Numbered from the stretch's first letter, positions 39,643 through 48,704 are shown. The stretch is 52,045 nt of DNA from an uncultured delta proteobacterium (GCA_963796685.1 CAWCMR010000017.1:1-52045); one strand, 5' to 3'. Translations and numbers: made by a program. The notes: generated by a model not told the origin, from the sequence alone.

Positions 39643-40845
39643 CTGATCCCTCGACGGCGACAGGCCTTTTCCGTCATCGGGGGACCGGTTGAAACCTGGG
39701 GCGAGCCGTCCGCGGCTCGCCTCGTCGGATCGCTTTTCCATGCCGATCCGGGGCTCTCCCGCGCCCTGACCCACGGATTCCACAGCTACGCGGGCCGCAT
39801 GCACCCGTCGACGGCCCGTACCGCCATCGCGGCCTTGTGCAAGCCCGGCCAGCGCGTGCTCGACCCCTTTTGCGGCAGCGGTACCGTCCTGGTCGAGGCC
39901 ATGGTCGCCGGTCGCGTGGCCGTGGGCGTGGATGCCAGCCCCTTGGCCATCCTTATCGCCAAGGTTCGTTCGACCCTGCTCGACGAGGCGGCTTGCGAGC
40001 GTTTGGTCCTGACGGCGCGGGAAATTTCGACCGAGGCCGCCGAGCGCGCGCGCAAACGCATTCGGCCCACCATCCCGGCCTGGGCCAGCCGCGAGAAGGA
40101 GCGCTTTTCTCCCCATGTCGCGCTGGAATTGCTCGGCCTGCGCGAGCTTCTGAGCGAGACCGGCGAGGATCCTGTCGGTTACGCCCTGCGCGCCTGCTTC
40201 TCGTCGATTTTGGTCAAGTTCATGCGCCAAAAGGAGGTGCCGAGCGAAGGCGAGCCCGGCCAACGCATCGGACGGGGCGTTCCGTCGCGATTTTTCGCCG
40301 GACGGGCCGAGGAGCTGGCGCGGTCGCTGATGGTGCTGGCGCAGAAGACCCCTTCGGGAACACCCGAGCCCGAGATCCAGCTCGGCGATGCGCGAAAGCT
40401 TTCCCACCTGCCCGATGAGAGCTTCAACCTGGTGTTGTCTTCTCCGCCCTATGCCGGCACCTACGACTACGCCGATCTCCACGACGTGCGTTTCCTCTGG
40501 CTGGGGCTGCCGCGCGAGGATCTCGATCGAAGGCAGGTCGGCGCGCGCCATGAGCTGCTCGGCTCGACCGAAAAGCGCTGGCAGAAGGACCGGCGCCGCT
40601 GGCTGGGCGAGATGGGCCGCGTGGTGCGACCGGGCGGCTCGCTGGTGCTGGTCATCGGCGACGGCGTGGTTGGCAACCAGCCCGAGGACGCCGCCGAGGC
40701 TCTGCGCCTGGAGGCGCCGAACGCGGGGCTGGTCCTCGTCGCCACGGCCTCGCAAATGCGCCCCCCGCGCGACCGCCGGCTCAGCGCCATCTTCGCCGGC
40801 CACCCCCGGCGCGAGCACATCGTCCTGCTTCGGCGAGATGGCTAG
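39643..40845 (+). CDS. Orphan amino (N4-C/N6-A)-type DNA methyltransferase, alpha-like motif order
   Basis: THGFHSYAGRMHP, VLDPFCGSGT (motif I), LSSPPY (motif IV); frame open from 39640, probable CTG start 39643. Confidence 0.75.
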   Translation: MIPRRRQAFSVIGGPVETWGEPSAARLVGSLFHADPGLSRALTHGFHSYAGRMHPSTARTAIAALCKPGQRVLDPFCGSGTVLVEAMVAGRVAVGVDASPLAILIAKVRSTLLDEAACERLVLTAREISTEAAERARKRIRPTIPAWASREKERFSPHVALELLGLRELLSETGEDPVGYALRACFSSILVKFMRQKEVPSEGEPGQRIGRGVPSRFFAGRAEELARSLMVLAQKTPSGTPEPEIQLGDARKLSHLPDESFNLVLSSPPYAGTYDYADLHDVRFLWLGLPREDLDRRQVGARHELLGSTEKRWQKDRRRWLGEMGRVVRPGGSLVLVIGDGVVGNQPEDAAEALRLEAPNAGLVLVATASQMRPPRDRRLSAIFAGHPRREHIVLLRRDG

Positions 40846-40849
40846 CGCA

Positions 40850-41971
40850 CTAACGGGGCACGAGCGTCGTTGGGCGGTGTCCTTCCTTCGCGAGTTGGAT
40901 GAGGCGGATGAACGAGCTGCCGACGGTGGTGCACAGGGCCTGCAGCTCGCGCACGTAGGCGTCGGGCATGCTGGTGCTCGCGTGCGCGTAAACGAGGTTG
41001 ATGATGCGCTCGCCGATGGCGATGGGAATGACCAGCACGGCGGCCGGGGCTTCGCAGCGCAGGTATTTCCAGATTTGGGCGTGCAGGCTCGCGCCCTCGG
41101 CGGGAGGCGATCCGCGGAAGGTGACTGCGCGCTCCTTGGCGTTGCGAAACATCGACGGCATGGATAGGGGGAAGGCGATGGTTTCGATGGCGCGCCCGTC
41201 GACGCCCGGGGCGTATCCGCGCCACACATGGGCGTTCGTGCCGCGCAGGATGAAGATGAGACCGCAGGCAAAACGCGGCAGCATGAAATCGATGACGATG
41301 TCCGCGATTTGTTCGCGGTGCTCGGCGACCGACAGGTGGTGAACGGCGTCTTCGAGGGCCACGGCCGCGCCGGGTGGTGGCGCAAGGGCGTGCGTGCCTT
41401 GCGCGCCCCCGTCCGACAAGGCGCGCGGGGCCTCCTCGTGCGCGGCCAGCGGCGCCAGTCCCGCCAGCGCCGGAATTTCGCGCGACAGCGATGAACCGGC
41501 GGAGACGCCGGCGGGCCGGGCCGGACGGGTCAGCTTGATCTCGACGTTGTAGAACCGCTTGAGGTTGCGCGCGATGGCCAGCTCGGACGCGATCATGGGC
41601 TCGACCCGCGCGCCAAGGGCGAAGGAGACGTCGTCGATGACCAGGACGTCCTGGGGCGTGGTCATGGCCACCACGATGCGCTTGGCGCCGGACTTGGCCG
41701 CGACCAGGGGGATGGCCATGTAGCGCGCCGCCAGGTTGGGCTTGAGCAGACCTACGATAGCCGGGTTGGCCTTGTCGAAATGGCGCTGCAGGGCCGCCGG
41801 CATGCGCATCTGACGGCCGAGGGCTTCGGAGACCTGATCCGTGTCGAGCAGGCCGCGCTCGACGAGTTGCGTTCCCAGTCTGCCGCCGAGCAAGGATCGG
41901 TCGTTCAGAATCGCCTTCACCTGGTCGGGTGTCAGCATTCCGAGCTGGATGAGGATTTCGCCAAGCTTCAT
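40850..41971 (-). CDS. MshEN/GspE-N-domain protein without ATPase, with C-terminal GAF-like domain
   Basis: KLGEILIQLGML... and RLGTQLVERGLL...ALGRQ tandem motifs; AIPL..VAMTTP; C-terminal VLVIPIAIGERIINLVYA. Confidence 0.75.
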   Translation of the reverse strand: MKLGEILIQLGMLTPDQVKAILNDRSLLGGRLGTQLVERGLLDTDQVSEALGRQMRMPAALQRHFDKANPAIVGLLKPNLAARYMAIPLVAAKSGAKRIVVAMTTPQDVLVIDDVSFALGARVEPMIASELAIARNLKRFYNVEIKLTRPARPAGVSAGSSLSREIPALAGLAPLAAHEEAPRALSDGGAQGTHALAPPPGAAVALEDAVHHLSVAEHREQIADIVIDFMLPRFACGLIFILRGTNAHVWRGYAPGVDGRAIETIAFPLSMPSMFRNAKERAVTFRGSPPAEGASLHAQIWKYLRCEAPAAVLVIPIAIGERIINLVYAHASTSMPDAYVRELQALCTTVGSSFIRLIQLAKEGHRPTTLVPR

Positions 41972-42008
41972 GTCGCGGGCGGCCCATGCGACGCCGTCCC
42001 ACCCATGA

Positions 42009-42767
42009 TTGTCGCAGGAGTCGGATCAAGAAACCAGCGCGCTTCGCGCCCATCCAGGGCAATATTCGCCCGTGTCAGCCCAGGGAGGATTGCCGCTCGT
42101 CGTGCCTCGACGCACGCCCTTGGAGGCTTTCACCCAGGCACTGTCCGGCGCCTACGGCGCGCAGGGGTGGTGGCCGCTCTTGGGGCACGCGGGAAGCAAC
42201 CCGACCTTGACGGGGCGGCTGACCGGCTACCATCCCGGGGATTTCAACTTTCCGCGCACGGATGCAGAGCGATTCGAGATCTGTTGTGGTGCGATTTTGA
42301 CCCAGAACACGGCCTGGACCAACGTCGAGCGGGCCCTTGACCAACTCGCCCGCAGGGAGTTGCTTTCGCCCGGCGCTATTCTTTCGGCCAAGGATGAAAC
42401 CCTGGAGGGCGCCATCCGTTCTTCGGGCTATTTCCGCGCCAAGGCGAAGAAGTTGCGCGCGTTCTCGGATTTCTACCGGCGCCTTCGCGGCAAGCCGCCG
42501 ACGCGCGATGAGCTGCTCGGCGTGTGGGGCATTGGACCCGAGACCGCCGACAGTATTCGCCTCTATGCCTTCAAGGAGACGGAGATGGTGGTCGACGCCT
42601 ACACCCTGCGCGTGCTGCTTCGCCACGGCTACTGCCGCCCGCCGCTCGACTATGCGCGCGCCAAGCGCTACTGCGAGCGCCACCTCCCGCCTTCGCTCGA
42701 GGGCTACCAGGAATTCCACGCCCTCATGGTCGAGCATGCCAAGCGCCTGGGAAAGCGCACACCATAG
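42009..42767 (+). CDS. HhH-GPD family (endonuclease III-related) DNA glycosylase without Fe-S motif
   Basis: GWWP, FEI..GAILTQNTAWTNV, LLGVWGIGPETADSI, VVDAYT, QEFHAL; true start probably 42090 or 42102. Confidence 0.88.
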   Translation: MSQESDQETSALRAHPGQYSPVSAQGGLPLVVPRRTPLEAFTQALSGAYGAQGWWPLLGHAGSNPTLTGRLTGYHPGDFNFPRTDAERFEICCGAILTQNTAWTNVERALDQLARRELLSPGAILSAKDETLEGAIRSSGYFRAKAKKLRAFSDFYRRLRGKPPTRDELLGVWGIGPETADSIRLYAFKETEMVVDAYTLRVLLRHGYCRPPLDYARAKRYCERHLPPSLEGYQEFHALMVEHAKRLGKRTP

Positions 42768-42777
42768 AGACACGGGG

Positions 42778-42926
42778 GTAAGGGCGGGTTTCAAACCCGC
42801 CCACACTGGGACGCACGACACCCATTGATGATGCCTTCAACCTGATTTGGCACGACGACAGCCTGTTTTGGCGTTGCGAAGAGGGCGTCCAACCACCGGA
42901 GGGGCGGGTTTGAAACCCGCCCCTAC
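42778..42926. repeat. Inverted REP pair (REPIN-like, GTAG-type)
   Basis: gtaagggcgggtttcaaacccgccc (42778-42802) and gggcgggtttgaaacccgcccctac (42902-42926). Confidence 0.8.
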
Positions 42927-42982
42927 CGATCATGTACCGATCATGGGGGCATCGGGGCGGGTTCAACTCCCCAGGGCGCGCT

Positions 42983-43870
42983 CTAGCGCAGGATCTTCGC
43001 CAGCACGGCGTCGAGCTCGTCGAGGGAGGTGTAGTAGAGCTCCAGGCGGCCGCTCTTGGGGCTCGACTCGACCAACTTCACCCGCGTGGCGAGCGCCTGT
43101 TCCAACCGGCGGACCAAGTCCCGCGCTGCGGGCGAGGCCGTGGTCGGGGCCGGGGCCGGGCGGTTGTCGTTTGCGCGTTCGCGCTTGACCAGGGCCTCGA
43201 CCTGCCGGACCGAGAGGCCGCGGCTGGCTGCCTGGCGCGCCAGGCGTTCGATGGCCGGGTCGCTTTCGAGTCCCAGCAGGGCCCGTGCATGACCCATGTT
43301 CAGACGACCTTCGATGACCATGCCGCGAACCGCGGGCGGCAGCTTGAGCAGACGGAGGGCGTTGGCGACCGTGCTGCGATCCTTGCCCACGCGGGCCGAG
43401 AGCGATTCCTGGGTGTAGCCGAACTCGGCCACCAGGCGCTGGTAGCCCTCGGCCTCCTCGATGGGATTGAGATCTTCGCGCTGCAGGTTTTCGACCAGGG
43501 CCATTTCGAAGGCCTGCGACTCGGCCACTTCGCGGACCACCGCGGGCACCTGGTGCAGGCCCGCGCGCTGGGCCGCCCGCCAGCGGCGCTCGCCGGCCAC
43601 CAGCTCGAAGCCGCCGCCTTCTCGCACGCGCACGACCAAGGGTTGAATGATGCCCTGGCTGCGAATGGATTCGGCCAGCTCGTCGAGGCGGCTGTCGTCG
43701 AAGTGTTTGCGCGGTTGCTTGCTCGAGGGATGGATGCTTTCGATATCGAGCGTGCGCAGCCCGCTGCCGGCCGGGGCGGGCCCGCCGGAGTCGCTGGTGG
43801 ATTCGCTGGCGTTCGGAATCAAGGCCGCCAACCCGCGTCCCAAGGCTTGTCGCTTGCCGCCGGAATTCAT
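42983..43870 (-). CDS. parB: Chromosome partitioning protein ParB
   Basis: ALGRGLAALI, QPRKHF, LVAGERRWRA, ENLQREDLNPIEEA, GKDRSTVANALRLL. Confidence 0.97.
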   Translation of the reverse strand: MNSGGKRQALGRGLAALIPNASESTSDSGGPAPAGSGLRTLDIESIHPSSKQPRKHFDDSRLDELAESIRSQGIIQPLVVRVREGGGFELVAGERRWRAAQRAGLHQVPAVVREVAESQAFEMALVENLQREDLNPIEEAEGYQRLVAEFGYTQESLSARVGKDRSTVANALRLLKLPPAVRGMVIEGRLNMGHARALLGLESDPAIERLARQAASRGLSVRQVEALVKRERANDNRPAPAPTTASPAARDLVRRLEQALATRVKLVESSPKSGRLELYYTSLDELDAVLAKILR

Positions 43871-44667
43871 GCGGGTGTTCCCCCCTCGGCTTGGCGGGTG
43901 TGGCGGGTCAGGAACTCGCGTGCGGCTTCCATGTAGCTCTTGGCACCTTTCGAAGCCACATCGTAGAGCAAAATGGGCTTGCCGAACGAGGGTGCTTCGG
44001 ACAAACGCACGTTGCGCGGAATGGGTGTGTCGTAGACCCGGTCGCCGAAGTGGTTGCGGACCTCGCTCGAGACCTGCTCGGTCAAGTTCTGCCTCGTGTC
44101 GACCATGCACAGAATGATGCCTTCGATGTCGAGGCCGGGATTGAGCGAACGGCCCACCAACCCGACGGTGGCGCGCAGGTCCGACAGTCCCTCGAGCGCA
44201 TAGTATTCGCACTGCAAGGGCACGAGGACGCCGTCGGCCGCGCACAGGGCGTTCAGGGTGAGCAAGCCCAGCGAAGGCGGGGTGTCGATGATGATGAAGT
44301 CGTACTCGGGGGCTGCCAGGCGCAACGGATCGCGCAGCTTCATCTCGCGGCCGGGCAGGGAGACGAGCTCGATTTCGGCTCCGGTCAGGTCCTGGCCCGA
44401 TGGCACGAGCTTGAGGAATGGCAACTCGGTGGCGCGGGTGACCTCGGCGATGCTCTTCCTTCCGATGAGCACGTCGTAGACGCTGCCGCCGTCGCCACCG
44501 GCCGATTGGCGCGCCTGTCCGAGTCCCGAGGTGGCGTTGCCCTGCGGATCCATGTCCACCAGAAGGACACGCTTCTCCGCCACGGCGAGTGAGGCCGATA
44601 AGTTGACTGCGGTGGTCGTCTTGCCGACGCCGCCCTTCTGGTTCGCAACCGCGATGACCCGGCCCAT
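43867..44667 (-). CDS. parA: Chromosome partitioning ATPase ParA/Soj
   Basis: ANQKGGVGKTTT, DMDPQGNAT, DTPPSLG, QCEYYALEG, IPRNVRLSEAPSFG. Confidence 0.97.
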   Translation of the reverse strand: MGRVIAVANQKGGVGKTTTAVNLSASLAVAEKRVLLVDMDPQGNATSGLGQARQSAGGDGGSVYDVLIGRKSIAEVTRATELPFLKLVPSGQDLTGAEIELVSLPGREMKLRDPLRLAAPEYDFIIIDTPPSLGLLTLNALCAADGVLVPLQCEYYALEGLSDLRATVGLVGRSLNPGLDIEGIILCMVDTRQNLTEQVSSEVRNHFGDRVYDTPIPRNVRLSEAPSFGKPILLYDVASKGAKSYMEAAREFLTRHTRQAEGGTPA

Positions 44668-44859
44668 GAAATGTCGTCGCCCAGGCGTTGGGGAGCACCC
44701 TCCTAGCACCAACGCCATGAGGTTTTCAACTTCGTCCGTGGCCTGCGTGTGCGGCGGCGAGAAAAAAGCGAAAAATTGACGACAGCCGCAGACGTCGTAC
44801 TACTTGTACCTACATGTAGCATTTTTCCCTGCAACCCCAGCCAACGAGGAGAACAGGAC

Positions 44860-45039
44860 ATGAAGTACGGCGACCAGAGGATTTACCGGACCTTCGAAGA
44901 GTTCGAACGCGAAGAGCTGCGTAGGACAGACGGATTGAGCAGCGGGATGGATGACATGCTCGGCGAGATGTTCGCCCAGGAGCTCGATTTCGACATCAAG
45001 TCGTCGCGCCGGGAAGCCGTCGACGACGAAGAAGATTGA
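44860..45039 (+). CDS. Small acidic hypothetical protein (59 aa)
   Basis: GAGGAG RBS, ATG 44860; MKYGDQRIYRTFEEFEREELRR...DDEED. Confidence 0.65.
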   Translation: MKYGDQRIYRTFEEFEREELRRTDGLSSGMDDMLGEMFAQELDFDIKSSRREAVDDEED

Positions 45040-45053
45040 GAGAAGCAAGGCGA

Positions 45054-45154
45054 GGTGCATCTGCCTCGCTCCCGTTTCCGGTCCTGTCGTCGCCCTTCGG
45101 CGTCGAAACCCAACAGCAGCCGGGAGCGGGGACGGGAGGGAAGCAGATGCCACC
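45054..45154 (+). other. Long imperfect hairpin (about 33-bp stem)
   Basis: ggtgcatctgcctcgctcccgtttccggtcctg pairs with cgggagcggggacgggagggaagcagatgccacc, including three G-U pairs. Confidence 0.6.
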
Positions 45155-45180
45155 ACCATAATCCCGCGAAGGACGCAGAA

Positions 45181-45306
45181 GGTCGTGGTCGTGGTCGTGG
45201 CCGTAGCCGTGGCCGTGGTCGTGGCCGTGGCCGGGTTGTAATTGCCGTCGGCCACGACGGCGAAGACGCCTACGGCCACGGTAAGCCGTCTACGTCCACG
45301 ACCACC
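45181..45306. repeat. Hexamer tandem repeats (GTGGYC)n with opposed CACG units (family D)
   Basis: ggtcgtggtcgtggtcgtggccgtagccgtggccgtggtcgtggccgtggcc ... ggccacg...ggtaagccgtct...ccacgaccacc. Confidence 0.7.
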
Positions 45307-45589
45307 AATCATCGCGTCGATTGGGTGCGTGGATCCGTCGTGGAAAGGTGTCGCGTGCAAGTGGTATCGAAGCGTTCGATTTGGCACGCGCGGTGTTGAG
45401 GATTCCCCACGGCTGATGCGACGGAAACGCGTGCGCGCCGACGATCCTTCGCAAGGACGGCGTTCTTGGCTTGGGCGGAGACGATCGGAGGGCCAAAAAC
45501 TTTTGGAACGCCGATTGCTTCCTGTATATGGGAAAACCCTTCGAGCCTTCGTCGCGTCCCCTACGATGAGGTTCGAACCGGAAGTCCAT

Positions 45590-46741
45590 ATGCGAATTGC
45601 TCATCTCTGTACGTTCTGGCCCCTTACCACCGGTCTTTCCCACTACGCGGACGCGCTGATTGGCGGGATGCGCGCCTCTCGCCCCGGTCGACACATCGTG
45701 CTTGCCGAAGTCGGGTCGCTGGCCACCGAGACCGATGCCTACGAATGCGTTCCCTGCTACAAGCGAGACGACGACTACGTGGATGGCATCGTCGAGGCCG
45801 CCCGACGCAAGCAGGTGGAGCTGCTGGTCATCCAGTACGCGAACGACCTTTTTGGCGACGACAACCGCCTGCCGCGCCTGCTGGCCGCCTTGCGACCGCT
45901 GGGCATCAAGACCGTGGTCAATGTCCACTCCGTGTATCCGGCGACGTGGCGCACGGGCTATCGGCCCGGCCGCACATCCGCTGACTTCGACCGCGCCGTA
46001 GGTGACCATGCTTCGCTTGTCACCGTGCATACCCAGCGCATGAAGAGCGATCTGGTTTCGCGCGGCCTTTCCCCCGAGAAGATCGCCGTGATTCCGCACG
46101 GCACACCGACCATGCCGGTGCTCGACAGGGCGGAATGCAGGAGCAAGCTCGGCCTGCCCGCGAACGCCAAGCTGGTGCTGTTCTTCGGTTTCATCTGGCC
46201 GGGCAAGGGGCTGGATTTTCTGCTCAAGGTGTTCCGGGATGTGCAGAGACAGGTGCCCGAAGCCTTTCTGCTGGTGGGTGGCCACACCCGCAGCCGTCTG
46301 TGGGGAAGCTACGTGGACTATCTGAAGCTGCGGGCGCGGTTGATGGGGCTTGCCTCGCACAGCCGTTTTTGGGGCGGCTACGTGGCCGAGGAGAAGGTGG
46401 CCGAGCTCTATTCCGCCGCCGATCTGGTGGCCATGCCGTACCAGCAGGAATACAGCTCGGCCAGCGGCGTGGTTCATCAGACCGCCGCCATGGGAAAGCT
46501 CATGCTGTGCTCGCGCATCGCCAAGTTCGACGAGGTGGAGACCGCCATCGATCCGGACTTGACTGTCGCGCCCGACGATCGTGCGGGGTGGACGCGCGCC
46601 ATGGTGCGCTTGCTTTGCGACGAGGCATGGGGCAAGCGGCTCACGGCGAAGATTCGCGATTTCGCCCAGGCCACGAGTTGGGCCAACGTGGGCAGGATGC
46701 ACTGGGCGCACTACACGCGTCTGATGGACTCGCCGCGATGA
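45590..46741 (+). CDS. Glycosyltransferase family 4 (GT-B)
   Basis: MRIAHL..FWP...GLSHY, VIPHG, LFFGFIWPGKG, ADLVAMPY...SGV. Confidence 0.9.
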   Translation: MRIAHLCTFWPLTTGLSHYADALIGGMRASRPGRHIVLAEVGSLATETDAYECVPCYKRDDDYVDGIVEAARRKQVELLVIQYANDLFGDDNRLPRLLAALRPLGIKTVVNVHSVYPATWRTGYRPGRTSADFDRAVGDHASLVTVHTQRMKSDLVSRGLSPEKIAVIPHGTPTMPVLDRAECRSKLGLPANAKLVLFFGFIWPGKGLDFLLKVFRDVQRQVPEAFLLVGGHTRSRLWGSYVDYLKLRARLMGLASHSRFWGGYVAEEKVAELYSAADLVAMPYQQEYSSASGVVHQTAAMGKLMLCSRIAKFDEVETAIDPDLTVAPDDRAGWTRAMVRLLCDEAWGKRLTAKIRDFAQATSWANVGRMHWAHYTRLMDSPR

Positions 46742-47709
46742 TCCCCAATCGCTACCACTTCGTCTGGTTCGGCCGCGAATTCCCTTTTACCCACGCCCTG
46801 GCCATTCGCTCGCTGGCGCGCACGTGCGCGCCCGAGGCCATCGTGCTTCACGTCTCCGAGGATCTCGCGGGTCTGACCCATTTCGACGCGGTCGCGGCCG
46901 ATGTTCCGGTGCTGCGCCAGCGCCGTTTGGACATCGACCAGCTCTTGACGGGCTGTGAAGGCTTCGATCTTTCCGCGCTCAGGTCCGCCTATCTCGATTT
47001 GCAGGAGCGCAAGCGCTGGGCGGCCCTGTCGGACCTCTTGCGCTACCTGATCCTGCTGCGCGAAGGCGGCGTGTATCTCGATTTCGATACTCTCGCCGTA
47101 CGCGACCTGCGACCGATCCTGCAATCGTGCCGGGGTTTCTGCGGTCGAGAACGCATCCTGGTGCCGGCCCGTGTGCACCGGGGACGACGGTGGACCAGTT
47201 ACCTGCGTACCGGCCCGCTCGATGTGCTACGCCTGATTTGCTCGCGCACCACGGTGGGCATCGATTGGTGGAGGCGCGTCGAGCACCTGTATCCGGCGGC
47301 CATCAACGGCGCCGTTCTCGGGCTCGTGCCGGGCCATGCGCTGGCGCGCGAGGCGCTGGCGGCCGTGCCTGCCCTCGTGCCGGCGTTGGAGCGCCGGCGT
47401 CCCGCCATGGGTCCGGACCTGCTCCAGGACCTCATCGATGGCGGCGGGCGCACGGACATGTTGGTCTTTGATGCGCCAGCATTCTACCCCTTGGGGCCGA
47501 CCATGGCGGTCCACTACTTCCGACAAACGCGGAACGTCGAGACGGTGGCGCGCAAGGTGGTGACCGACGCGACCTACGTCGTGCACTGGTACAACGACAA
47601 CTTGCGCAAGCAACCGCGGCCCGAGAACGCCGAGGCGCTTGCCGCTCTCGCGGATCGCCAGCTGTTCGCGCACCTCGCCCAGCGCTTCGCCCAGGCGGGC
47701 CAGCCATGA
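46738..47709 (+). CDS. DXD-motif glycosyltransferase (GT32-like)
   Basis: MIPNRYHFVWFG, SDLLRYLILLREGGVYLDFD, GPDLL, VVHWY; ATGA overlap. Confidence 0.85.
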   Translation: MIPNRYHFVWFGREFPFTHALAIRSLARTCAPEAIVLHVSEDLAGLTHFDAVAADVPVLRQRRLDIDQLLTGCEGFDLSALRSAYLDLQERKRWAALSDLLRYLILLREGGVYLDFDTLAVRDLRPILQSCRGFCGRERILVPARVHRGRRWTSYLRTGPLDVLRLICSRTTVGIDWWRRVEHLYPAAINGAVLGLVPGHALAREALAAVPALVPALERRRPAMGPDLLQDLIDGGGRTDMLVFDAPAFYPLGPTMAVHYFRQTRNVETVARKVVTDATYVVHWYNDNLRKQPRPENAEALAALADRQLFAHLAQRFAQAGQP

Positions 47710-48704
47710 GGCGCAAGACCATCGTGCAGCTCGTGTGTGTCAGCGCGTCGCTGGCCGCGTTGCTGTGGTTGCTGGAGCGAATCGGGTGGGCCATCATTGG
47801 TCACGCCCTCGGCCAAGTGGGGTGGAAGGGACTGGGGGCGCTCATGCTGCTCGGCTGGATCGAGAGCTTCTCGGACGGCACGGCCTTGTGGGTGGTCATG
47901 GGCCAGCGACTGCGCTACGGGTTCGGCATTGCCGTCAACGCCGCCGGCTCCATGCTGAATCTGATCTTGCCCTGGGAGTCGGGCGAGGTGCTCAAGGGCA
48001 CGCTGCTGCGCGGGCAGTTCGGCACCCAGTCCGCCGTATCCGGCACGATCATCTGGAACTACATCTTCAAGATCTCGCGTCCGGTCGTGTCCTTGACCGC
48101 CGCCTTGTGCGGCTGGGCATTCTCTCACGACAGGGATGGCTTCCACCTTGGCCTCATCGTGCTCGCCAATCTCTTTTCGTTCTTCCCGTACCTCGTGTTG
48201 CGCGTGCTCATCCGCTACGGCGCCGCGGCGGGGCTGGTGCGCGTTCTTGGCCTCCTGCCGGTGGTGCGTCGCCATTCCAGCCATTGGATCGAGAGCGCGC
48301 GCAACATCGACCGCGAGGTCAGACAGTTCTGGCACGATCGCCCCGCCGATTATCTGAAGGTGTTCTGCCTGCAATTGGTGGCACGGGCCACGGGCTGGGC
48401 GAGCATCTACGTGGCGCTCAATGCCATGGGAACGGATTGCACGTTCGGGCAGGCCTCGTTGCTGTACGCGGCGGTGAACGTGGTCGACTACCTCGTCGCG
48501 GTGCTGCCCGCTCGCGTGGGCGTCTCCGAGGGAACGTCCTACTTCATCTTCAAATTCCTGGGCATGAATCCTGCCACGGGGGTCATCATGTACGTCGTCT
48601 TGCGTATCCGCACCATCCTGGCAAACGGGCTTCTGACCCCGGCGGCGTTCTTCGACTGGAAGGCCCCTGTGGTCCGTGACGATCCGCAGGCTCGATGTGG
48701 TTGA
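47706..48704 (+). CDS. Lysylphosphatidylglycerol-synthase-TM / flippase-like membrane protein
   Basis: Multi-TM; NLILPWESGEVLK and LPARVGVSEG patterns typical of this family. Confidence 0.7.
   Translation: MRRKTIVQLVCVSASLAALLWLLERIGWAIIGHALGQVGWKGLGALMLLGWIESFSDGTALWVVMGQRLRYGFGIAVNAAGSMLNLILPWESGEVLKGTLLRGQFGTQSAVSGTIIWNYIFKISRPVVSLTAALCGWAFSHDRDGFHLGLIVLANLFSFFPYLVLRVLIRYGAAAGLVRVLGLLPVVRRHSSHWIESARNIDREVRQFWHDRPADYLKVFCLQLVARATGWASIYVALNAMGTDCTFGQASLLYAAVNVVDYLVAVLPARVGVSEGTSYFIFKFLGMNPATGVIMYVVLRIRTILANGLLTPAAFFDWKAPVVRDDPQARCG

Noticed and set aside
39643-42767. Restriction-modification or defence island (MTase plus glycosylase)
   Set aside because: No nuclease or other defence gene; the genes are separated by an unrelated opposite-strand gene and show no compositional shift
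42983-44698. 571-aa ORF suggesting an N-terminally extended ParB or ParA-ParB fusion
   Set aside because: The extension is an off-frame shadow over parA; ParB starts at ATG 43870 overlapping the parA stop
45054-45154. Possible SRP (4.5S) or 6S RNA
   Set aside because: Lacks the SRP CAGG...GGAA...AGCA domain IV arrangement; too short for 6S and has no central bubble
44800-45387. ORFs with poly-Thr/Ala, Val/Ala or Gly-Arg runs
   Set aside because: Translations of the hexamer tandem repeat, not credible proteins
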